From an uncultured Woeseiaceae bacterium (lineage in GTDB: Bacteria > Pseudomonadota > Gammaproteobacteria > Steroidobacterales > Woeseiaceae), in contig CAZFVT010000001.1 of assembly GCA_964522355.1 (NCBI GenBank), positions 1-43,977 on the forward strand: a stretch of DNA of 43,977 nucleotides. The letters run 5' to 3'. The position numbers were made by a program, and so were the translations under genes. Positions 36,691 through 43,977 of this stretch are shown piece by piece. The number at the start of each line of letters is the position of its first letter. Position 1 is the first letter of the stretch. The notes beneath the pieces were generated by a model. The model had not been told where the DNA came from, ran no database searches, and saw only the letters and a program-made list of their open reading frames with translations.

Positions 36691-38193
36691 ATGAACGATC
36701 CGGCAAGCCAGTCACCGCCAGGACAGGGCCTCCGCCGTCAGCTTGGCCTCGCCGGGCTCGCCGCCACCGGCATCTGTTCGATGCTCGGCGCATCCGTTTA
36801 CGTCGTTCCGTTTATGATTCACAGGAACGTGCCGGGCATCGATAACTGGATTCTCCCGGCATTTCTGTTCGCGGCCGTACCCGCCTCCCTCGCTGCCTTG
36901 GCCTACGCGATATTGTCTTCAGCCATGCCCCGCGCCGGGGGCAGCTATCTCTACGCAAGCCGCGGGCTGCATCCCTATCTCGGTTTCATCGCCAGCTTCT
37001 CGCAGTGGTTCGGCCTGTCGATTGTTATCGGCGTCATTGCCTACATCATCGTTCCGTTTCTGCGCGATATCGCCGCGGCGCTGGGCTGGGCTGACCTCTC
37101 GTCCACGCTTGAAACCGGGGCCGTCCGCGTCGGCCTCGCGCTGGGCATGGTATGGCTGTTCGTGATCGTGAACCTGTACGGGGGGCGCTTCTATGAACGC
37201 ACCGTCCTGCCGCTGATGATCCTGATGTTCGGCCTCGGCGGGATCGTGATCGTCGCCGGCTTCTCTCTCGACCAGGAGACGTTCGTCAGCGCGCTGTCGA
37301 TGCAGGAAAACCGGAGCATTCCGGCCGCCGGTAAATCGCCCTTTGACCTGGCGACGTTTCTTGCCGCCGCCGCGGTCCTGTTCTCGAGCTTCATCGGCTT
37401 TGACTCGATTGCGCAGGCCGGCAGCGAAGCCCGGCGGCCCGAGCGCAACCTGCCGCTGGCGATCGGCCTGGCGATCGTGACGGTCGGGTCCTTCTACTTT
37501 CTGTTTACCGCAGCCGTGTACCACGCCGTGCCCTGGCCTTACGTGGCCGAGGAAGCGATGCAGCGGGACATCACGGCACCCGGCCTTTTTCGCTACCTGC
37601 TGCCCGAAGGCTGGACCGTTGCCATCGTTGCCGGCGCCGCCATCGCGCTCATCAACGACCTGCCGGCCATGCTGCTGGCCGTATCGCGACTGATGTTCGC
37701 CTGGGCGGAAGACGGCATCTTTCCGCGCGGTATCGCGGCGGTGCATCCGCGACTGCATACGCCGCATCGCGCAGTGCTGCTGAGCGGCGTCATGGCCAGC
37801 GTCGGGATTTTCGGCAGCCACTTCGCCGGCGACTTTTTCCTGGGCATCGACATCATGGTGACTTCGATGCTCGTCAACTTCCTGCTGATGTGCCTCGCGG
37901 TGCTTACCTTGCCGAAGGTTAATCCCACGCTTGCCCGCGGGGTCCGGGTGGTTACCTCGAGACGATGGCAACAAATCGCGTCCATCGCTGGCGTCGTTCT
38001 GCTGGCCGGTTTTCTCGTTATTCATATAACTCGCGATCTCTCCGCCGACGTCTCGGCGTGGTACTTTCACTCCACCCCGGTCTGGCTGATCGTCATGACG
38101 CTGGCGAGCGGCATCTACTTCCGTGAGCTGCGACGGCTAAAAAATCGGGGCGTCGACGTCAAAGCAATCTTTGACCGTCTGCCACCCGAGTAA
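36691..38193 (+). CDS. APC-superfamily amino acid permease
   Basis: 500 aa with about 12 TM segments. N-terminal GLAATGICSMLGASVYVVP and SFIGFDSIAQAGSEARRPERNLP are typical of APC transporters. Confidence 0.85.
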   Translation: MNDPASQSPPGQGLRRQLGLAGLAATGICSMLGASVYVVPFMIHRNVPGIDNWILPAFLFAAVPASLAALAYAILSSAMPRAGGSYLYASRGLHPYLGFIASFSQWFGLSIVIGVIAYIIVPFLRDIAAALGWADLSSTLETGAVRVGLALGMVWLFVIVNLYGGRFYERTVLPLMILMFGLGGIVIVAGFSLDQETFVSALSMQENRSIPAAGKSPFDLATFLAAAAVLFSSFIGFDSIAQAGSEARRPERNLPLAIGLAIVTVGSFYFLFTAAVYHAVPWPYVAEEAMQRDITAPGLFRYLLPEGWTVAIVAGAAIALINDLPAMLLAVSRLMFAWAEDGIFPRGIAAVHPRLHTPHRAVLLSGVMASVGIFGSHFAGDFFLGIDIMVTSMLVNFLLMCLAVLTLPKVNPTLARGVRVVTSRRWQQIASIAGVVLLAGFLVIHITRDLSADVSAWYFHSTPVWLIVMTLASGIYFRELRRLKNRGVDVKAIFDRLPPE

Positions 38194-38214
38194 CTGCTCC
38201 GCCCAGACACTTCT

Positions 38215-39675
38215 ATGCCCAGATCCACCGAACGCTACAGCCTCGCCGCAGACCTCGATATCAGCCGGGTGGTCACCGGGCTGTGGCAGGTGGCCGACAT
38301 GGAGCGCGACGGCCGCCAGCTCGACCTCGATGCGGCCGCGACCAGCATGTCGGCCTACGCAAACGCCGGACTGACAACCTTCGACATGGCAGACCACTAT
38401 GGCTCAGCGGAAGTCATTGCCGGCCGATTTGCCCGCAGCGAATCGACCGGACCGGTTCAGCTATTGACCAAGTGGGTGCCGGAACCGGGCGGCGCGTCGA
38501 AAGACGAAGTGCGAGAGGCCGTGCAGCGCTCGCTGGACCGGCTGCAGGCGGACAGCCTCGACCTGCTGCAATACCACGCCTGGAACTACGCCGATCCCAG
38601 CTACCTGGATGACCTGTTCCATCTCGATGAACTGCGCCGCGAAGGACTGATCCGCCATCTCGGCCTGACCAACTTCGACGCGGCACATCTGCGCGTAGTG
38701 CTCGACACCGGCATCGAGGTGGTCTCCAACCAGGTGTCCTACTCGTTGATAGACCAGCGCGCCGCCGGCGAGATGACCGATCTGTGCGTCGAACGTGGCG
38801 TCGGCCTGCTGGCCTACGGAACGCTGGCCGGCGGGCTCCTGACGGAGCGCTGGCTCGGCAAACCAGCGCCGGCCGCGGGCGAGCTCGCCACCTGGTCACA
38901 GATGAAATACCACCGCTTCATTAACGAGGCGGGTGGCTGGGAGGCCTTTCAAAACCTTCTGGCCGCGCTGGACAAGTCCGCCCGGCGGGAAGGAGTATCG
39001 ACGGCGAACCTCGCCAGTCGGTTCATTCTCGATCAGCCGGCCGTCGCAGCCGTGATCATCGGCGCCCGCCTCGGGCAAAGCGAACACATCGCCGATAACG
39101 TGCAGCTCCTCGGCGAATCGACGGCATCGACAGATTGGGATGAGCTTCGCTCGGCGCTCGACGCGTTGTCGGCGATACCCGGCGACTGTGGCGACGAGTA
39201 CCGCAAGCCGCCCTTTCTGACCGCCTCCGGTGACCTGAGCCATCACCTTGACGCGCTGCCAGCACCCTATCCCACCCGGCGTGTTGATGACGAGCGAACG
39301 CTGGCGCTGAGCGGCACCGTTTGGGAAGACCTTGCCGGCTTCTCGCGGGCCACCCGCCGCGGCAATCGAGTCTTCGTTTCCGGCACCACCGCAACCCACG
39401 GCGACCGGGTCATCGGCAGCGGCGACCCGCTGACCCAGACCGACTTCATCATCGACAAGATCGAGGGCGCCCTGCAGTCGCTGGGCGGAACCCTGGAGGA
39501 TGTCGTTCGTACCCGCATCTTCATCCGCAACGTCGATGACTGGGAACCCGTGTCCCGGGCCCACGGGCGGCGCTTCGGCCGTATCCAGCCGGCAAACACG
39601 CTGGTCCAGGCAGGCCTGGTCGGCGACGAGTACCTGGTCGAGATGGAGGCCGATGCCATTATCGGCGACGCCTGA
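38215..39675 (+). CDS. Aldo/keto reductase fused to a C-terminal RidA/YjgF-like domain
   Basis: AKR motifs TFDMADHYGSAE and LGLTNFD. The C-terminal ~125 aa (RRGNRVFVSGTTA...TRIFIRNVDDW...VEMEADAII) match the RidA/L-PSP pattern. Confidence 0.8.
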   Translation: MPRSTERYSLAADLDISRVVTGLWQVADMERDGRQLDLDAAATSMSAYANAGLTTFDMADHYGSAEVIAGRFARSESTGPVQLLTKWVPEPGGASKDEVREAVQRSLDRLQADSLDLLQYHAWNYADPSYLDDLFHLDELRREGLIRHLGLTNFDAAHLRVVLDTGIEVVSNQVSYSLIDQRAAGEMTDLCVERGVGLLAYGTLAGGLLTERWLGKPAPAAGELATWSQMKYHRFINEAGGWEAFQNLLAALDKSARREGVSTANLASRFILDQPAVAAVIIGARLGQSEHIADNVQLLGESTASTDWDELRSALDALSAIPGDCGDEYRKPPFLTASGDLSHHLDALPAPYPTRRVDDERTLALSGTVWEDLAGFSRATRRGNRVFVSGTTATHGDRVIGSGDPLTQTDFIIDKIEGALQSLGGTLEDVVRTRIFIRNVDDWEPVSRAHGRRFGRIQPANTLVQAGLVGDEYLVEMEADAIIGDA

Positions 39676-39768
39676 CGACAGCCCTGCCGCGACAGGCGCT
39701 GTTGGCCGCGACATCGCCGGTGCGCTCAGGCAGGATGAGGGTCTTCGAAAATCCTTGAGTACCAACGC

Positions 39769-41199
39769 ATGACGCAACTGGACACCGACTACCTCGTCAT
39801 TGGCACCGGCGCGATTGCCATGGCCTTCGTCGACACGATGCTGGACGAATCCGACGCAAACTTTGTCATGGTCGACCGTCATCACATGCCCGGCGGCCAC
39901 TGGAACGACGCCTATCCCTTTGTCCGACTGCATCAGCCGTCGGCATTCTACGGCGTTGCGTCGATGGAGCTCGGTTCGAACCGCATCGATGAGGTTGGCT
40001 CCAACAAGGGCTATTACGAACTGGCCTCCGGGCCCGAGGTGTCGGCCTATTTTGATCGGCTCATGCGCGAGCGTTTCCTGCCGTCGGGGCGGGTGCAGCA
40101 CTTCCCGATGTGTGACGTGACCGGCGACGGCGAATTCCGCTCGATGGTCTCCGACGCCACGTACTCGGTAAACGTCTCGCGGAAGACCGTGGACGGCACG
40201 TTCTTTAACACCTCTGTGCCCTCGACCCACAAGCGCAAGTACGCCGTCGATGAAGGCGTCGAGTGCATCGCGCCCAATCAGCTACCGCGCCGCGCGGGCA
40301 ACTATCGACGCTTCACCGTGGTCGGTGGCGGCAAGACCGGCATGGACACCCTGGTATGGCTGCTGGACTCCGGCGCTGACCCGTCAATGATTACCTGGAT
40401 CTGCCCGCGGGAGTCCTGGCTGATCAATCGCGACACCACCCAGCCGGGGCGACGGTTTGCCAGCAAAGGTGCCGGCAGTTTTGTCGCACAGCTCGAAGCC
40501 ATCCCGGACGCCGCTTCAGTGAACGAGATGTTCGAACGTTTCGAAGCCGCCGGCAGCATGCTGCGTATCAACCCGTCGATCACGCCAACGATGTTCCATT
40601 ACGCCACCATCTCGCACGGCGAGGTGGAGCAGCTTCGGCGGATCGAACAGGTCATTCGCGATCAGCACGTTGAGCGTATCGCGACAGACAAACTGATCAT
40701 GACCTCCGGTGACGAGCTGCCGGCAGATCCGGCCACGCTGTATATCGACTGCACCGCCACCGCCGTCGAGTTTCTTGGTGACCGAACGGTGCCGGTGTTC
40801 GCCGACAAGCGGATCACTCTGCAGGCGCTGCTCGCGCCGCTGGTAACGACGAGCGCCGCCATCACCGCCTTCGTGGAGGCGCACGTGCCCGACCCGACGA
40901 CCCAGAACGCGCTGTGCAAACCCGTGCCGCTGGCCGACAATCCGTATGAATGGATGACGTCGTTCCTCGGCAACGCCATGAACCAGGGCGCGTGGGCGAA
41001 GCATCCCGGCTTAAGAGACTGGTTCGCCCGCTGCCGACTGAACCCGAATCGACGCATGCCGGACGACGAGCCGCCCAGCGAGGAAGCGTCGGCCGCGGTA
41101 AACGCTGTGCGCGAACGCATCGGTCAGGCCATGGGCCCCGCAATGGAAGGCCTGCAGCGGCTGCTGGCCACCGAGGCGGCCAACTGGCCGTCGCGCTGA
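39769..41199 (+). CDS. FAD/NAD(P)-binding oxidoreductase (flavin monooxygenase-like)
   Basis: Two dinucleotide-binding motifs: DYLVIGTGAIAMAF and FTVVGGGKTGMDT. Confidence 0.7.
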   Translation: MTQLDTDYLVIGTGAIAMAFVDTMLDESDANFVMVDRHHMPGGHWNDAYPFVRLHQPSAFYGVASMELGSNRIDEVGSNKGYYELASGPEVSAYFDRLMRERFLPSGRVQHFPMCDVTGDGEFRSMVSDATYSVNVSRKTVDGTFFNTSVPSTHKRKYAVDEGVECIAPNQLPRRAGNYRRFTVVGGGKTGMDTLVWLLDSGADPSMITWICPRESWLINRDTTQPGRRFASKGAGSFVAQLEAIPDAASVNEMFERFEAAGSMLRINPSITPTMFHYATISHGEVEQLRRIEQVIRDQHVERIATDKLIMTSGDELPADPATLYIDCTATAVEFLGDRTVPVFADKRITLQALLAPLVTTSAAITAFVEAHVPDPTTQNALCKPVPLADNPYEWMTSFLGNAMNQGAWAKHPGLRDWFARCRLNPNRRMPDDEPPSEEASAAVNAVRERIGQAMGPAMEGLQRLLATEAANWPSR

Positions 41200-41224
41200 G
41201 CCGGACGTTGCCGGCAGCCGGTTC

Positions 41225-41806
41225 GTGCAGGTTTCATTGCGAACGTTTGCGCTGCTGGCGCTCTCAACACTTTTGATGCCGGCGAGAATCATGGCTTCGA
41301 ACGACGGGGATGCAATGCTGCTAACGGACTTCGCCACCGGCGGTGCCGAGTTCGACTGGTACGTGGTCAACGACGGCGTGATGGGCGGTCGCAGTGCCGG
41401 CGGTTTCGAGATCGTTGACGACAGCCTGTCTTTTGCCGGAACCACCAACACGCGCGGCGGCGGTTTCAGCTCCATCAGATCCGGCCGCATCGATCTAGAC
41501 CTCGGAACCTTCAGCGGCCTCCGTCTTAAAGTGTACGGCGACGGTCGCCGCTACACCTGGCGACTCGAGACTGACGCCCGCTGGCGCGGCGTGGCCGTCG
41601 GCTACTGGGCGAACTTCGAGACGGAAGACGGGCGGTGGTCCGTCGTCGATATTCCATTTGAGGCGTTTGTCCCGCAGGTCCGAGGCAGGCGCCTTGATGG
41701 ACCACCGCTGAACCTCGGTGCTATTGCCGGCATGGGCCTGATGATCTACGACGGCCGGGACGGGCCCTTTGAATTGCAGCTTTCCCGAGTCGAAGCCTAT
41801 AGATAG
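41225..41806 (+). CDS. CIA30-domain protein, secreted
   Basis: GTG start. Leader ends RIMA/SN. WYVVNDGVMGGRSAGGF and GGGFSSIRS match the CIA30 (complex I intermediate-associated 30-like) pattern. Confidence 0.7.
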   Translation: MQVSLRTFALLALSTLLMPARIMASNDGDAMLLTDFATGGAEFDWYVVNDGVMGGRSAGGFEIVDDSLSFAGTTNTRGGGFSSIRSGRIDLDLGTFSGLRLKVYGDGRRYTWRLETDARWRGVAVGYWANFETEDGRWSVVDIPFEAFVPQVRGRRLDGPPLNLGAIAGMGLMIYDGRDGPFELQLSRVEAYR

Positions 41807-41808
41807 CG

Positions 41809-42348
41809 CTAGGTGCGCCGCGAGTATTCCACCCTGCTCATGGGCGTCCAGCTCTCGCCAAGATCCAGCGAAATTTCAGCGCCCAGCGTAAAGCTGTCGG
41901 GATTCTCGGAGCCAAAGCGCCAGGTCAGGCGAAACGCCATCGGCTTACCGTTCTCGTTTCGATAAAACGTCTCGTGCGCCAGGTTCGTCATGGTCAGCAC
42001 GCCATCGACAAGCTGGCCTTCGTAGAGATCCATCATCCCGCCCGGCTGGTCGACGGCGGCCATCCGATAGACTCGTTTCTCGACATCCCAGGTCAGGAAG
42101 GTGCGCATCGGGAAGTCGATCCCGGTACCGAGGATCGTCATCGTTTCCTCGATCAACTGGCCGTCGAGCGCGACGTCGTACCTCGCGACGTTTTCACCTG
42201 TAAAGACCGCCTCTCCAGACGCATCGTACTGGTAGTAACGCGCCGCCCATTCACCCTCAAGAAACGCCATGCGCTGCATAGCCTCGGACGCCGCCAGGAC
42301 GGGCGCAAACGCCAGCAGCGCGATCGCTGTTATCCAACCCTTAATCAT
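41809..42348 (-). CDS. Secreted hypothetical protein (DUF1579-like lipocalin fold?)
   Basis: ATG at 42346-42348 with GGGGGTG upstream. Leader MIKGWITAIALLAFAPVLAA. The family call rests on weak recollection only. Confidence 0.5.
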   Translation of the reverse strand: MIKGWITAIALLAFAPVLAASEAMQRMAFLEGEWAARYYQYDASGEAVFTGENVARYDVALDGQLIEETMTILGTGIDFPMRTFLTWDVEKRVYRMAAVDQPGGMMDLYEGQLVDGVLTMTNLAHETFYRNENGKPMAFRLTWRFGSENPDSFTLGAEISLDLGESWTPMSRVEYSRRT

Positions 42349-42604
42349 GATCACCCCCAAAGATTCATCGTCAGCTCTGACAGCGGAACGGCCAAAGGGT
42401 TGCGCTGACGGCTCTCAGCATGAACGGTATTCCTGAGACAGTCGCGCAACCGCAGACACCCATAGGAACGGCTAGATATGCAGGAAGCATTAATGCCGCG
42501 AAGGCCATGGATGGCCGAGAGCGGTCCAGCCGCGATCCGGCCATCGGGAATCAAGTTGCGTAAACTGTCCCCAAACCGCCTGACCTTAATCAAAGGATCA
42601 ACCA

Positions 42605-43561
42605 ATGCTGAAAGCTCTTCGTTCGACGCTTCTCGCGCTGCTGACTGCGCCACTTTTTCTCACGACCGGCTTTGCCGCAGATGGCGACCAGAAAGCGGTA
42701 CTGGTCACCGGCGCCACCAGCGGTATCGGCCTGCGCATTGCGGAACGGCTAGCGTCTGAGGGTTACTTCGTCTACGCCGGCGCACGCAAGCAGGTCGACA
42801 TCGATCGGCTAAACATGATCGACAACGTGGAAGCCGTGCGCCTCGACGTTACGGTCCAGGACGACATCGATGCTGCGGTGAAACACATCAGTGAGGCCGG
42901 GCGTGGTCTCTGGGGCCTCGTCAATAACGCAGGCGTATTTATTGGCGGCCCGGTGACCGAGGTCAGCATCGAGGAAACGATGTGGTTATTTGACGTCAAC
43001 GTCTTCGGCGTTTATCGCGTCACCCAGGCGTTTGCACCGTTGATCATCGAGTCTCAAGGCAGAATAACGACCATCAGCTCCATTTCAGGCATTGGTTCCG
43101 GACTGTTCTTCAGCCAGTACTCGATGAGTAAACATGCCATGGAGGCATTCACCGACTCTCTGGCGCTCGAGATGGAGCGGTTCGGCGTTGGCGTCAGCGC
43201 CATCGAACCCGGTAACTACGATTCGAAGATCGTCGAGACCGCGTGGCAACGCATGCAGGACAAAGGCTACATCGATGAGGACTCACCTTATGCCGAGGAT
43301 CTCAGGGAATTGATGGAATGGCCGGCCGATCGCAGCATATACAAGGAGCCGGATGACGTCGCAGATGCGGCGATGCACGCGATGTTCAGCGACAAACCTA
43401 AGCGCCGTTACCTGACCGTGCCCAATGTGGAAGAAGCCCGCTGGGCGATTGGCTCAATGATTCGGGAGCTTGCCGAGCTTAATGACTGGCAGGCATATTC
43501 CTTTACGCAGGATGAGCTGGTGGCGATGCTTGAGGAGGCGATGAAGTACAACGCGGATTAG
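42605..43561 (+). CDS. Short-chain dehydrogenase/reductase with N-terminal signal or anchor
   Basis: VLVTGATSGIGLRIA (TGxxxGxG), NNAG, and catalytic YSMSKHA (YxxxK). Confidence 0.9.
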   Translation: MLKALRSTLLALLTAPLFLTTGFAADGDQKAVLVTGATSGIGLRIAERLASEGYFVYAGARKQVDIDRLNMIDNVEAVRLDVTVQDDIDAAVKHISEAGRGLWGLVNNAGVFIGGPVTEVSIEETMWLFDVNVFGVYRVTQAFAPLIIESQGRITTISSISGIGSGLFFSQYSMSKHAMEAFTDSLALEMERFGVGVSAIEPGNYDSKIVETAWQRMQDKGYIDEDSPYAEDLRELMEWPADRSIYKEPDDVADAAMHAMFSDKPKRRYLTVPNVEEARWAIGSMIRELAELNDWQAYSFTQDELVAMLEEAMKYNAD

Positions 43562-43653
43562 CGCCTGCGTCGCGCGGATCTGCAGGATTCAGACAAGTCC
43601 GCTGATCACGGCTGACCGTTATCGTGTCCGCCGATGTTGTCGCTTGTCTACCG

Positions 43654-43926
43654 CTACTCCGGCCTTACCCAGTGCACCGCACAGATCTTGTTGCCGTCAG
43701 GATCCCGCAGGTAGGCCAGGTAATAGCCGCCGCCGGCCTCGAGCGGACGCAGGCCCGGAGGGTCTTCGCAGGTAGAGCCACCGTTCCTTAGTCCCGCTTC
43801 GTGGAACTTGTTGACGGCGTCGGGGCTGTGCGCCGCGAAGCCGATGGTGCCGCCATTCGCGGCGGTAGACGGTTCACCGTCGATAGGTTCGGTAATGCCA
43901 AAAGAAAAGGCTTTGGCAACGGCGTT
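43654..43926 (-). pseudogene. 5'-truncated VOC (glyoxalase/bleomycin-resistance) family remnant
   Basis: My own translation of the minus strand gives ...FGITEPIDGEPSTAANGGTIGFAAHSPDAVNKFHEAGLRNGGSTCEDPPGLRPLEAGGGYYLAYLRDPDGNKICAVHWVRPE*. The open frame is bounded upstream by TGA (43927-43929). It has no in-frame ATG, GTG or TTG before the last few codons, and the N-terminal half of the fold is missing. Confidence 0.6.
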
Positions 43927-43977
43927 TCAGCAAGCAATCCGTGACGGCGACGTAGCCGAGTTGACCGCGCTGCTGAG
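43895..43977 (+). CDS. 5' end of an unidentified ORF running off the window
   Basis: ATG at 43895 opens MPKEKALATAFQQAIRDGDVAELTALL..., which looks like the start of an ankyrin-repeat protein. Only 27 codons are visible and the RBS is weak. It overlaps the VOC remnant on the other strand. Confidence 0.3.
   Translation, partial: MPKEKALATAFQQAIRDGDVAELTALL

Noticed and set aside
38896-40230. 444-aa ORF on the - strand spanning two + strand genes
   Set aside because: It is antisense to the AKR-RidA and flavoprotein genes and runs through their intergenic region. It is Arg/Gly/Val-rich with no recognisable domain, so it is a GC-driven shadow ORF.
1-43977. Search for tRNA, rRNA, CRISPR arrays, IS elements, integrases and phage genes
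   Set aside because: None was recognised. All long ORFs are accounted for by metabolic, envelope or transport genes, and no terminal inverted or direct repeats flank any block.

Overview
GC-rich (about 60%+ by eye) bacterial chromosomal window. Gene content and the many lipobox lipoproteins suggest a Gram-negative, probably marine gammaproteobacterium (inference only). No rRNA, tRNA, CRISPR array, transposase or integrase was seen. (1) 1-16457 is a beta-1,3-glucan (laminarin-type) utilisation locus. It has two leaderless GH17 genes on the + strand. Convergent to them is a five-gene minus-strand operon: GH16 laminarinase with CBMs, a non-catalytic multi-CBM lipoprotein, a 1057-aa protein fusing a clan GH-A-like TIM-barrel domain to a large plug-less outer-membrane beta-barrel, a small helical lipoprotein, and a secreted GH-A/Ig-like/CBM enzyme. 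A small ORF, a LysR regulator and a GPH-type sugar symporter follow. No TonB-dependent receptor or SusC/SusD gene is present. The GH-barrel fusion and its partners are the best candidate for an undescribed glycan capture and uptake system. A shared 14-bp cre/LacI-like palindrome lies over a TTGACA box upstream of both the GH16 operon and the transporter. (2) 16610-20376 holds a rhomboid protease, an NlpE-like lipoprotein and a CXXCH lipoprotein. (3) 20574-26449 is a tightly coupled operon: small membrane ORF, Na+/solute symporter, 869-aa secreted PIG-L deacetylase and an argininosuccinate-lyase-like gene. (4) 27225-34850 is a compact dTDP-amino-sugar glycan cluster with a frameshifted aminotransferase. 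(5) 35062-43977 holds assorted metabolic genes and a truncated VOC remnant at the window edge.
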